Source of the DNA: Mytilus edulis
Taxonomy: Eukaryota
Length of the DNA: 64,000 nt
Reading direction: 5' to 3'
Assembly (NCBI RefSeq): GCF_963676685.1
Contig: NC_092353.1
Location: forward strand, 68,014,001 to 68,078,000
Position numbers and translations under genes: made by a program. The notes beneath the pieces are model-generated. The model was not told the DNA's origin, searched no databases, and worked only from the letters and a program-made list of their open reading frames with translations. Of the stretch, positions 1 to 11,900 are shown one piece after another; the first letter of the stretch is position 1, and every line of letters begins with the position of its first letter.

Positions 1-86
1 ATTTAGTGGACAACAAACTCCTGTTTTGACACATCAAGTAATGAATGAGCAAGATAAATAAAATAACATGTTTATAATTTTTGCAG

Positions 87-1700
87 GGTGGAACGTTGCC
101 TCCAGTATTGTATATTCAAGCGGACAACTGCTGGCGGGAAAACAAAAATAAATATGTTTTATCGTTTTGCGAGTTACTGGTGCACATGAAAGTATTTCAA
201 GAGGTAGACATTTGATATCTTATAGCCCACAGTAATCATACTACTGTTAGATAATAGAATTCGTATCTAAAAAAATTCAGGGAATACAATCATGACAATG
301 GACACACGTATTTTTATGCCCCACCTACGATAGTAGAGGGGCATTATGTTTTCTGGTCTGTGCGTCCGTTCGTCCGTTCGTCTGTTCGTCCGTCCGTTCG
401 TCCGTCCCAGTGTTCGTCCGTCTGTCCCGCTTCAGGTTAAAGTTTTTGGTCAAGGTAGTTTTTGATGAAGTTGAAGTCCAATCAACTTCAAACTTAGTAC
501 ACATGTTCCCTATGATATAATCTTTCTAATTTTAATGCCAAATTAGAGTTTTTATCCCAATGTCACGGTCCACTGAACATAGAAAATGAAAGTGCGAGTG
601 GGGCATTCGTGTACTGAGGACACATTCTTGTTCCTACTGAATTGATCGGTGATTCCTCCTACCATTGTTATAAGGGTCGTATCATTATGTATTAACATGA
701 ATAACTGTATCCAAATGAACATGATGAATAAGATATAATAAAGAGAGAAAATATACCGACGGAGAATCATAATGAAAAGTCGATTAAAATAAATCATCTC
801 AATATTCAACAGTAAAACAACTAAGACAAACCATTACATAAAAATATAAAGTAACTCCAATACCACCGGAAAACTCGGTTAACAGCTCCTCGAGGGACAC
901 CCGTCGTATTTTTAGACTAACTGAATTCATGATATGGAACACCGTCCCTGAAATAATGTATCAAGTGTAATATATAAATACTCCACATACATCCACTATC
1001 ATGACTGTCGCAATATTGCTTCAGAGAAATGTCAAAACAATTAGCAAAAGAATGCACATACAAGAATCGTAATGCGGACAGTTTTAAAATATAAATCAAT
1101 ATATAATTTGATAGAATTTTTTATGAAAATATTTTTTTTTGCAGGTTCACCTTTCTTTTCTGTCTGTTGGACACACACATGAGGATATTGACGCCGGTTT
1201 TCAGCAAAATAGTAGATTCCCTCCGTCGAAATGACGCAGAAAAAATCCCTGAGCTTTTGGATCTCTTACCAAATCCAAGCAACTTAATTTGGCAATACGA
1301 TATTAGGAACTGGCTTCAACCATTTATTGCTGATGTACGGAAACATATCAAGCCATTACATTATAGATTTACAATGGATGAAGTATCTAATAAGATTAAA
1401 CTGTGTTACAAATCCAATCATGTGGGGCCTTGGAAGATTTCAACAAGTGGAATGTTCATGTTTAACGATAAAGGTGAAGTAGAATTGCCAAAGGGTGTAC
1501 CAAAAGTATCCACGCCAGTTTTTGACAAAATATTTATCGAAAAAATTGAAAGTGGAATTAATGACTGGAAATGTCTCTTCACGGATCAAATGTCAAACGC
1601 GTTGTCTTTGCTTGCTAATATCACTGAGAAAACTAAATATTTATCTTCTTTTCAAATTAAATATTTTTCATTTGAGCAAAACATCTGGACGTTTTATTAG
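87..1700 (+). pseudogene. DUF7869-family / Sola1-like DDD transposase-related gene fragment, spliced and frameshifted
   Basis: Exon 87-203 (ttgcag|...|gtagac) reads GGTLPPVLYIQADNCWRENKNKYVLSFCELLVHMKVFQE. Exon from 1145 (gcag|) reads VHLSFLSVGHTHEDIDAG, then an extra T at about 1198-1201 shifts into FSKIVDSLRRNDAE...YDIRNWLQP...PLHYRF. The DNCxxxNKN and GHTHEDID motifs are typical of this family. Confidence 0.75.
311..632 (+). mobile_element. Non-autonomous Helentron/DINE-1-like element (HINE), family A
   Basis: Subterminal inverted repeats ATGCCCC...GGGGCAT, a (GTCC/GTTC)n microsatellite, a 3' hairpin GTGTACTGAGGACAC and T-rich ends; other copies at 25757, 33216 and 48867. Confidence 0.8.
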
Positions 1701-2197
1701 CAAACTCAACTCGAAATCGGTAATTGACTACTTTATAATATTTATTTGTTTTTCTTTAATCATCAACTAACAACATTTAAGGTCGAAATCAATCGTTTTT
1801 TTATTTATTTTCAGGAAATACGAAGAACATGACAACTAGACGCACCATATATAGCTCATATGTATATGGCTATATATGTCAAAAGAAACAGATATTTTAT
1901 TCTATAATACAGGAACTAATAGAACTCATTTTCTTTTTTTATTTGATTTGTTATATACATGAGGTATCATATTTGTTGTGGCTATTTTACCTAGCAGTTG
2001 AACAACATATGGTTTCAACAGCAACAGAACAATTATGTTTTATTCAAAATAATGTGCATGCTTTAATATGTAATTTTCAAGAGTTTAAATTTTCTACTTG
2101 TGCTGTACTGACATTACACAGTTTGTAATTATGTTTTCTCTTGAAAAAACATTGATTTCTATCTCGTTTACTTTCCTTTAATTTGATGGATACACGA

Positions 2198-2347
2198 ATA
2201 CGTGGTAGCGTGATCACCTCGAGCGCGAGAGGTCGTAGTTTGGAACCCAGCTGGATGAAAACGGAGACTTTAGAATTTGTATTTGTTGCTTCTCCGCTTA
2301 GCACGCAGCATGAAGGAGTTTGATCAAATGATTGATTGGCTCGAAGT
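2198..2347 (+). mobile_element. tRNA-derived SINE 5' part (Meta-domain type), truncated by the duplication junction
   Basis: tRNA-like head GGTAGCGTGATCACCTCGAG...GGTCGTAGTTTGGAACCC, then GACTTTAGAATTTGTATTTGTTGCTTCTCCGCTTAGCACGCAGCAT. Confidence 0.65.
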
Positions 2348-2892
2348 TTTTCTGTATGTTGGACACACACATGAGGATATTGACGCCGGTTTTCAGCAAA
2401 ATAGTAGATTCCCTCCGTCGAAATGACGCAGAAAAAATCCCTGAGCTTTTGGATCTCTTACCAAATCCAAGCAACTTAATTTGGCAATACGATATTAGGA
2501 ACTGGCTTCAACCATTTATTGCTGATGTACGGAAACATATCAAGCCATTACATTATAGATTTACAATGGATGGAGTATCTAATAAGATTAAACTGTGTTA
2601 CAAATCCAATCATGTGGGGCCTTGGAAGATTTCAACAAGTGGAATGTTCATGTTTAACGATAAAGGTGAAGTAGAATTGCCAAAGGGTGTACCAAAAGTA
2701 TCCACGCCAGTTTTTGACAAAATATTTATCGAAAAAATTGAAAGTGGAATTAATGACTGGAAATGTCTCTTCACGGATCAAATGTCAAACGCGTTGTCTT
2801 TGCTTGCTAATATCACTGAGAAAACTAAATATTTATCTTCTTTTCAAATTAAATATTTTTCATTTGAGCAAAACATCTGGACGTTTTATTAG
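2348..2892 (+). pseudogene. Duplicated copy of the DUF7869-like exon, lacking its splice acceptor and sharing the frameshift
   Basis: Near-identical to 1156-1700 at offset 1192; the ttttgcag acceptor is not included. Confidence 0.75.
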
Positions 2893-3389
2893 CAAACTCA
2901 ACTCGAAATCGGTAATTGACTACTTTATAATATTTATTTGTTTTTCTTTAATCATCAACTAACAACATTTAAGGTCGAAATCAATCGTTTTTTTATTTAT
3001 TTTCAGGAAATACGAAGAACATGACAACTAGACGCACCATATATAGCTCATATGTATATGGCTATATATGTCAAAAGAAACAGATATTTTATTCTATAAT
3101 ACAGGAACTAATAGAACTCATTTTCTTTTTTTATTTGATTTGTTATATACATGAGGTATCATATTTGTTGTGGCTATTTTACCTAGCAGTTGAACAACAT
3201 ATGGTTTCAACAGCAACAGAACAATTATGTTTTATTCAAAATAATGTGCATGCTTTAATATGTAATTTTCAAGAGTTTAAATTTTCTACTTGTGCTGTAC
3301 TGACATTACACAGTTTGTAATTATGTTTTCTCTTGAAAAAACATTGATTTCTATCTCGTTTACTTTCCTTTAATTTGATGGATACACGA

Positions 3390-3920
3390 ATACGTGGTAG
3401 CGTGATCACCTCGAGCGCGAGAGGTCGTAGTTTGGAACCCAGCTGGATGAAAACGGAGACTTTAGAATTTGTATTTGTTGCTTCTCCGCTTAGCACGCAG
3501 CATGAAGGAGTTTGATCAAAGGATTGATTGGCTCGAAGTGATAATGCTATGTCCGTTTCGGTGGACTGTTATCTTATGAACAACGTGACGGTTGTCACAT
3601 GTGAAGCAGTATTTTCTTCCCTTTCGGAGTTGCCGAGATCACCCCAAGCTTTTGGTGGGATGCGTGTTGCTTGTAGGTTTTTATTTCTTTGACGTTTCTT
3701 CCTCACTATTGTTTGTCTTTTCTTTTGTAGCCATGGCGTTAGTTTACTTTCGATTTATGAGTTTGAATGTCCCTCTGGTATCTTTTACTCCTCCTTTATG
3801 AATTAGCTTGTTGAAAATCCGACTCTGCGTGTGGTTCAAGTGAAAAGTAAAGTTATTTTTCATGTTACATTAACTTGTTCTTGTCCTGAATATGCATATT
3901 TATTTCCCACTGGACAGTGC
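3390..3920 (+). mobile_element. tRNA-derived SINE (Meta-domain type) interrupted by an insertion at 3581-3795
   Basis: Same head as 2198; the body resumes after 3802 (TTAGCTTGTTGAAAATCCGACT...AACTTGTTCTTGTCCTGAATATG). Confidence 0.6.
3581..3795 (+). mobile_element. Penelope-like element 3' fragment
   Basis: Homologous to 39286-39656 (reverse strand) and 16935-17250; ends GGTATCTTTTACTCCTCCTT; flanked by TTATGAA on both sides. Confidence 0.6.
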
Positions 3921-4246
3921 GAATCACCAAGATTCATCTTTTATTTCGTATTTGAATGTTTCAAAGTCATTTAAAGTCTTGCACATGTACATTAGTTAGT
4001 GTTAATTATGACCTTCAAATCTAAGGCCCGCTATCTAACTTTGCAAAAAGAATTTAAAGCAGTATTTTCATTAGCTTGACTTGTTTGCAATATAAAAAAA
4101 AATCAGTCGAAAAGTGCATTGAGAATCACACTGCTTTTCCAAGCTTCACCTGATAAATGTTCGTCATTTTTATATTCAAGATTGACATTTTTAGACGGAA
4201 AGTAAATCTTTGCAAAATGCTGTAGAAATGGATAAATACACATAAT

Positions 4247-4648
4247 GGGGACATTTCCCCATTCCATGTATATTTTTTATTTCTTCGACATAGAAAATGA
4301 CCAATTACACAGCTTGTTTTAAAGATTATTTTCATGTGGGGAAATTTCCCCAATATTGTTAAGTGTTCACGTATGTGTTGTCTTCCTGTATGGATGTTTT
4401 CCCACTACTTGTAATTTAATGGGGAAATTTCCCCATTTCGTATTCTTTTATCACCATATTGAAAGTCATATTTAATTTGGGGATATTTCCCCACTTTATT
4501 CATGATGTTAATTACAGTTACTTACACATACTTCTCAAACTTATAATTATATTTGAAGAAAAGTGGGGATATTTCCCCAGTCTGAAGGTCTTTTTTCTGG
4601 GGATATTTCCCCAGTCTAAAGGTCATTTTATTCCGGGGATATTTCCCC
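4247..4648. promoter_or_regulatory. Cluster of seven palindromic GGGGA(A/T/C)ATTTCCCC motifs (kappaB-like, or transposon subterminal repeats)
   Basis: Copies start at 4247, 4338, 4421, 4479, 4565, 4599 and 4635. The sequence is certain; the function is inferred. Confidence 0.5.
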
Positions 4649-5690
4649 ATTTTCATTTATTTTTAAATTCATTATGATAATAGATGAGGAAAAATTTCAA
4701 TGAGTTTCATCATTCTTTGTTGCTGCATGGATATAAAGTTAACATCAGGTGTAATTCTGGATAAATTTTCACTAATTTTTAGCAACGGAATCGCCTCGCT
4801 TCTTCAAATAAAGATGTTTTTTACAATAAACGTTGACAATCTTTTTGTTTACCGAATTTGAAACCACACTAAAAAGAGAATAAAATAGATTTTCTCTTTT
4901 TCAAATAGAACGCGTTACATATGTTTCCATATTGGTCAGTCGTCAGAAAAAATGTTTAGATGAATGATTTTTTCAGGACAAGAGGGTATTACCTATACTG
5001 AGATATAGAATACAAAAATATAATATAAGTATGCAAGTTACGATCCAATACTCGATTAATGAACAATTTGCCTTTACTTGTTTTACCTTGCAACAAAAAT
5101 GCGGTGATAGTTTCATAAAGATAAATAGATACAGGCAATTAATTAAGACTAATAGATTATTTTAAATTGACAAGGATAATTTAACGGCAAACCTTTTGAT
5201 AATCATAATATAAGCGAATCAAAATTTAAAAAATACCAACACCAGTGTTAAGTTTGTAGTGAATCGATAAACCTTATAAAATCTAGTCCATGGACTGTAG
5301 AATGTTACGATTTACCAAATCATCAACTTTAGAAATTTAAATGGAATTTCTGGTGTGACATTATCAAAGGTTTTTCAATCATTTTTTTTCAATCTGAATA
5401 ATGCGTTGGAATTTTGAGGGAACCGGTTACAGATAATTTAATTTGTTTTAGAGAAAGTGTTCATCATGAACAAATTATTTTTACTATGATACGTCCGGGT
5501 CTAGGACAGGCTTATAAAAATATGAACAAAGGAAATAAATAACACCTTTACCATACTTAAACAGCACATAAACTTAATATCACATTAAAGTATGATAATA
5601 CATAGCAATCCAAAGCTTTCTTTTTTTTATAATTCGTCATTTGATATTTGAAATATCATTTTCAAGAATTGTTCTTCTTGGTATTAAAAG

Positions 5691-5956
5691 GTACATGGTG
5701 GCACTACATCAGCAGACATATTTAGACAAGTCAAGAAAGCCGAAGATATTGCGAGAAAAAATGCTGAAATTATACGAGAGCACAAAAATCTGCATACCTT
5801 TAAACATATGGATACTGTGCTATTCTTTGATGAGGCTAATACCACTGAAGCTATAGGTGCTATAAAGGAAATTATGTGCGATAAGACTTTAAAAGGGCGA
5901 CAAATTGAAATACATCAAAGACTTAAAATTGTTGCAGCATGCAATCCATACCGAAA
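5691..5956 (+). CDS. RNF213: RNF213-like exon 1 in window (AAA+, Walker B LFFDE)
   Basis: aag|VHGGTTSADIF...FFDEANTTEAIGAIKEIMCD...AACNPYR|gtaagt. Confidence 0.93.
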
Positions 5957-8900
5957 GTAAGTATTCAATATTGAAGTTAATTGTATTTTTCTTTAAGACA
6001 TTTTCGTTTGTTTCATATATGTTGTCATATTTGTGTGTGTTGGCTGCAAAGGTCATTACTGGAAGTAATATAAATGATTACTCACATACTGTTCCTGTTA
6101 AGATACATCATAAGTGTCAACACGAAACTAACTAGTATGCATATAGTTGATATTAGTAAAATATGTATTACTTGAAAACATTTGTTTTATAGTTGTTTAG
6201 ACATGAGAATATTTATTTATGAAATTTATTTCATAAGGTGGTAAATCGTTTGAAAACGCCATTAAATAAATGAGATGTATTGATATAATGGAAACACAAC
6301 AAAGCAACTTAATTCTGCGTCAGTTTAAAGTCATTATAACTAAATTAGTCTTATAAAGCAACAGTTTATTTTTTAACATCTAAGAATTAAAATGATTGAG
6401 TTTCATGTACACGCATTTGTCAATTATGTAAATGCACCGTTTTAGGACAATAATAACATAACAATTATCATTACTTTTTCCAAAATTGTGTTTTTGAATT
6501 TTAGACATTCCGATGAGTTAATAAAAAGATTAGAACAAGCAGGCCTCGGTTATCACGTGGATGCTGACAATACAAGTGACACATTAGGTAAAAGACTAAT
6601 TGAGAGACATTAAAGGATATGTAGTAGCCATGACTGGCAGATAAGACATATATTAACATGATTATTACCTCAAAACCGATCTCTATCTGAAAAAATATAT
6701 TAATAAAAAAAAAAATAGATGTGTCATAACATCTCGGATAGATAGTTCACTTCAACAGCACGAAAATAAATACAAAGGAAAGTACGAGTTTCTCTCTCAT
6801 TGGTAAATTATACTTAGAGTATTTTCTAATTGGAAAAATGATGATTTACATTTAAGCATCAACAGTGTTGTGAAGTACGTTTCCTTGGTAATATTATACA
6901 GCATAATTTATATGATAAGTGTTGTTTGACATTAGAAGGTACTCAAGTTAAAAAAGTAACAAATGCAAGTATGTTAAATAAAACAAAATATCATTTTAAT
7001 TTCACCAAAATTGAAAAATATTTTGTCTAATATATAATTTAAAGGACGAGTTCCAATGCGACGCTTAGTATACAGGGTTCAGCCATTACCACAGAGTATG
7101 CTTCCTCTCGTTTGGGACTTCGGACAGTTGAATATAGTGGTAGAGGAATTGTACATCAGGCAAATGGTTATTAGGAAAGTAAGCAAGGCTATGAGTAGTA
7201 TTGTTATCATATAAATATATTTTACCAAGTTCTATTTTAATCGCTAGTGTTCCTTGCAAAACCTTAATATGAATCACTCAGTACCAAAGTGTGAATCAAA
7301 TTAATGAGCACGATTGAATGCTTCGATTTTGTAAGAGTTTTCAACTATGCACTTGAGGATGACATTCATGCATGAAGCATATTTGTTCTAATAAATATAC
7401 CTACCAGACAACTCAAACTATACATGTCATGAGAAAAAAATCCGGACTTTTAAAACGTTTCATTTATGTCATCAAATTAAACAAATTGTTAACGTTATTT
7501 TAAAAAGGATTGTTAATTATGTAAATTTATCGTGTGATTATTCAAATAAGAAAAGTATGTTAATGAAGCTGAATACCTTATTTCAGATGAATGATCGTCA
7601 GATTCCTCGCTTGACAGACCTTGATCGAGTGATTAGTAAAATTTTAACAGTATCGCAAGAATTCATGAGACAACAAGAGGTAGCTGCATTTCATATTTGC
7701 CTTAGAGAAGTGGTAGAAATGATAAAAAAAAATTAACTTGAAAGCATGAAGTCAGATTAGATGTTTCATTGTCACATTTTTTATTTGTCTATTGAAAATT
7801 TTAACACTTCAAGTAACAATATTTCTACTTAAAATTACGTTGTACACACTTTCTTTGGATGTCCAAATTCCGTTTGGAAATTATACATTTAGTGTGTAAA
7901 AAAGTTCTTTTGGTGTATTTGCATTGCATGTATGAAAATTGATTTGACTAAATAGAGATGTGAAACATTTAACCAAGATTGAATGAAGAATTGAAGAATT
8001 GATGTTGAACCAATGTTTGCTATACTTATTTTTTCCATTTACACAATTCATTATTGCTGTCAATATGGACTTCATTTAATGTCAGAACGAATTTGGAATT
8101 ATAGTTCTAAAATATAATCTAATCTGGTACATCATTGGATTGCTGAAAAATTCTCTATATAAGCTCAAATATTTCTTGACTGAATAAAGGAAACACAGCT
8201 TACCACACAGCCGATACACGAATAGGTGTTTTTACTTCTTCCGTTGGCCTGTTACTATATTCTTTGACTGTCCAATCTCCACCATTTTCACGTGAAAATT
8301 CACAGAGATTGATTTTTTTTTATATCCAGTCAATTTTAAAAAGAATATAATTAAAAGATAACACAAAAAAAACAATGATTCAGCATGCTTTACACTCTAA
8401 TCCGATCATATTTGTTTTTATTTTAGGATAACAGAATTTGTCACACCATTTTGTTTTCATTTAAAACCGTTCGTTCTTTATATCTTGCCGGTATTTCAAT
8501 CTGAATTACGAAACTGCTGACCAAACGAATTTTTTATTGGATAACTAGCTTAACAATGTGTGCAGATTATAACATTTACTTCTGCACACATCAATTTTTG
8601 ATGGACTATTAATAATCCTCCTAAATGGTATGGTTTAATCTAGAATATACGATCATAAAATTGTTTGGAAAAAGTTAAAATATACGATCATAAATTTGTT
8701 TGGAAAAAGTTTGAAAATGGTACAGTTGCTCATTTGAAAATATATAATTTATTACAAATTATACATAGAAATTTCCCAGAATCGTTTATTCATAACTTGG
8801 TTGGGGAGAACAATGAAAAATTAACAGTAGAGGAGGACATGATGTACAAACTATATGCACGAATAACATGTTTATGTTTATTATTATTTTCGTTTTCAAA

Positions 8901-11900
8901 ATTTATAATCTTCTCTTATATACTCCTTATCATGCATCATACAAATACTAATTGCAGGATGAATGTAGTTTTGTTAGTTTACGTGACGTTGAAAGAGTTT
9001 TAGATGTAATGAGCTGGTTCTACAAAACAACTTTCGATGAAGACCACTTTCTCCGGTCCAGCGATAGCGAAGACAGTAGTGATGAAGAAGATATGTTTAT
9101 TGAAACGAATGTATGATTTAGCAAACCATGTCTCCAGTTTACAGTGTTTTTGTCCCTAGTTATCGTATCCCGCCTTCTAGTTAACTTGTAAAATTGTCAT
9201 GAAAACTCCAAATATTCAGATTCTTTGACAATAAATACGCTTAACCAGAATACCAAGACCTCTCCAACGTACCATATGTTTTTCCTGTTACGTCTTATCC
9301 TGTCCATATGGTTTTTTTCCATAAAGGTGTGTCCCAATTCAAAAATAATAAAACATAGTGATTGAACATACCTAGAGGGCAATCAAAAACCATAAGCCGA
9401 ATGAAAGCAGACATCACCATGCTATCAAACGATAACATAACACTAAAAAGAATACAAATGATCGAGCACTACAAACTAAACAAAAAGTGAAGATTAACGC
9501 ATCTGTCATGCCTATCCCGAAAGGGTAGACAGTTAATGTTCCTTTCGTTGGAAACTGAAAGAGTCGAGTATAGAATTCTGGCTACAAAAAGTGTATATTT
9601 CTGGTCATTTTTATAATAAAGATATTCAAAGTAAGGACACTCAATTCAAATTTGCTTTTGTGCAACATTTGAAAGTTACATTAACTTTGTCATTTCAATT
9701 TGTGTAAGTACATTATGGCCTCGTTACTACTATTCAAGAAAGAATTATATAGGAAAACAAGCAATATAACATATGGACATATATATGTATATTTCCTCCT
9801 TATGCAGTAGTCTGGCTTCAAAAAAAGTACTGAAAAACATGCGATAAATTTCACAAAATTTCACAAAATTATAAAAAAATAGTTAACAAATATGAGCTAC
9901 ACAAATAATGCACCGCCCCAACAACACAAAATTTTATATCTACAAAAAAATCACAGGTATAAACATACATTCGTCTACAACAAAGAGTGTATTTCATTGG
10001 ACAAACGTTACAATACACGCCTCTCTAGTGTTAACATTGTTAAACAAAAGTCTGATTTTATCACTCTTTCTCTTTTTAAAAAAAAAATGTGACATTGTTT
10101 GTACATTTATTGCTGCTATAATTATATTTCCTTATACTTTTAGCCTATTTGCCATGTAACGAGATCTCTTGTTTTGGCGTTAGGAGTTTGCTACCATTCA
10201 TGTTTGAGAAAAAGAGCTGAATATAGACAAAGGATAGCTAGATACTTTAGCAATCCTTTGAACTTACCAGGAGGTGCAAATCAAATTGAGGAAGAAATAA
10301 TAAGGTATAAGATTCAGGATTGTATATTTATTGATTAAATGTCGGACTAAGTGGCATGATTTCGTACGTTGTTTTGCATTACATTTTATACAACGTGACA
10401 TATTCACTGTGATTTACTTCAAGCTGCAAAGATTAGCTACTATTTTTCTTAGTTTATGTGACATGAATTTTAACAATTGTTTCAGTAGTGTACAAATATT
10501 AAATATATCGAAATATGCATACTTGTGACAAAAACACTAGTCAATTGTGTTAAAGAACGTTAAGTAAAGTACAACAACCAAATTCAGTATGCGCCTGTAC
10601 CGAGTCAGGGGCCAATTTTGTGGTTGTCGTTTGTTGTTGTTTATTCTATTTGGTGTTCGTTATTTGTTTTATATACCAATTAGGCCTTTAGTTTTCTCAC
10701 TTGAAAGATTTTTACTTTTGCCATCACTAAACCGATAATTGTTCACTCTGGTCAGTGTTTGTATTTTAGATCTATCAATCAATAACTGTATCTAGATTTA
10801 AAATAATAGAATAAATTTTGTTTTGTCTGGTATAGTTTGCAATATCGATAACATTACCATTCTTTCTTGTTCAATAACGATCTTTATTTTAAGATTTTAT
10901 CGATTCAGTGTCTATTTTTAGATGTCAGACTGCATTTCTCAACCATATTGAATTGGCAGATAATATAGCAAAGAATCAGGCATTAAGAGAAAATGTGTTC
11001 ATGATGATTGTATGTATAGAGTTGAGAATACCAATGTTTCTAGTTGGAAAACCAGGAAGTTCAAAGTCGCTGGCAAAAACCATTGTAGCAGACACCCTGC
11101 AAGGAAATGCTTCTCATCACGAGTTTTTCAAAAGTTTCAAACAGGTATTTATATTAGTTATCGTTGTAAAATTTAATTTCTCAATCGATATTATATTTCA
11201 TTCTTGCATATTTCAATAATAATGGCATATAAATTCAATTCATAAGAATGGAAAAAATGGTAATTTAAAAATATGATTCACAATGCCATGTGTAATATGT
11301 GATATATGTTGCATTCTATACGATTATGTTTTTTAATTGTACATAATACCGAACCAACAGGGAAAAGGCCGTTTGAACAGTTTAAATTAATTTACTTGTA
11401 TTTCTGTAGACGTGGAAAAAGAAAGTGAAAATACCACGGAAAAGTAGTTTATGTCTTTTGCATTTTTCCCGTTACGTATCGTTCATATTTCACCACCGCT
11501 GTGGCATAGGCACAATGATGATTTTATTTGTTTCACTCTCTGCTGGGGTATCAGAAAAACATATATGCTACTTTTACTCTTAACGAAGACATCAGATCAC
11601 TAGCTTTTCAAACTGAGATTGTACTTACTAATGTCATGATTTCAATGTAACTTCATCATTAGAAATCTATTGTCTGATTTTACCATCTCATATTTGGTGT
11701 TACTAAGATAACTAATCTGATTGCATGAATGCATGCCATCCATGCGACGTTTATTGGAATGAAATGTTACAGCATCGTTTTGCTTCATATCACTGTGGAT
11801 ATATTCGATAGTTAACTGTTTTAGTCATAGTTTGTAAGTAAACTGTTCATTGATTTTCGTCAGATTTTCGTCAACACCTTTTTGCTTTTATAACAATAGG

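Larger units (their letters stand above)
1156..3539. repeat. Direct tandem duplication, 2 x 1,192 bp (1156-2347 / 2348-3539)
   Basis: Near-identical copies; ORF pairs 1495/2687 and 1829/3021 have identical translations at offset 1192. Confidence 0.97.

Noticed and set aside
1167-1700. 177-aa ORF as a complete gene
   Set aside because: Its N-terminus (MDTHMRILTPV) is the wrong frame of VGHTHEDIDAG; it is a frameshifted internal exon.
4247-4648. CRISPR-like array of palindromic repeats with unique spacers
   Set aside because: Repeats are only 14-16 bp, spacing is irregular (20-77 bp gaps), there are no cas genes, and the context is eukaryotic and intron-rich.
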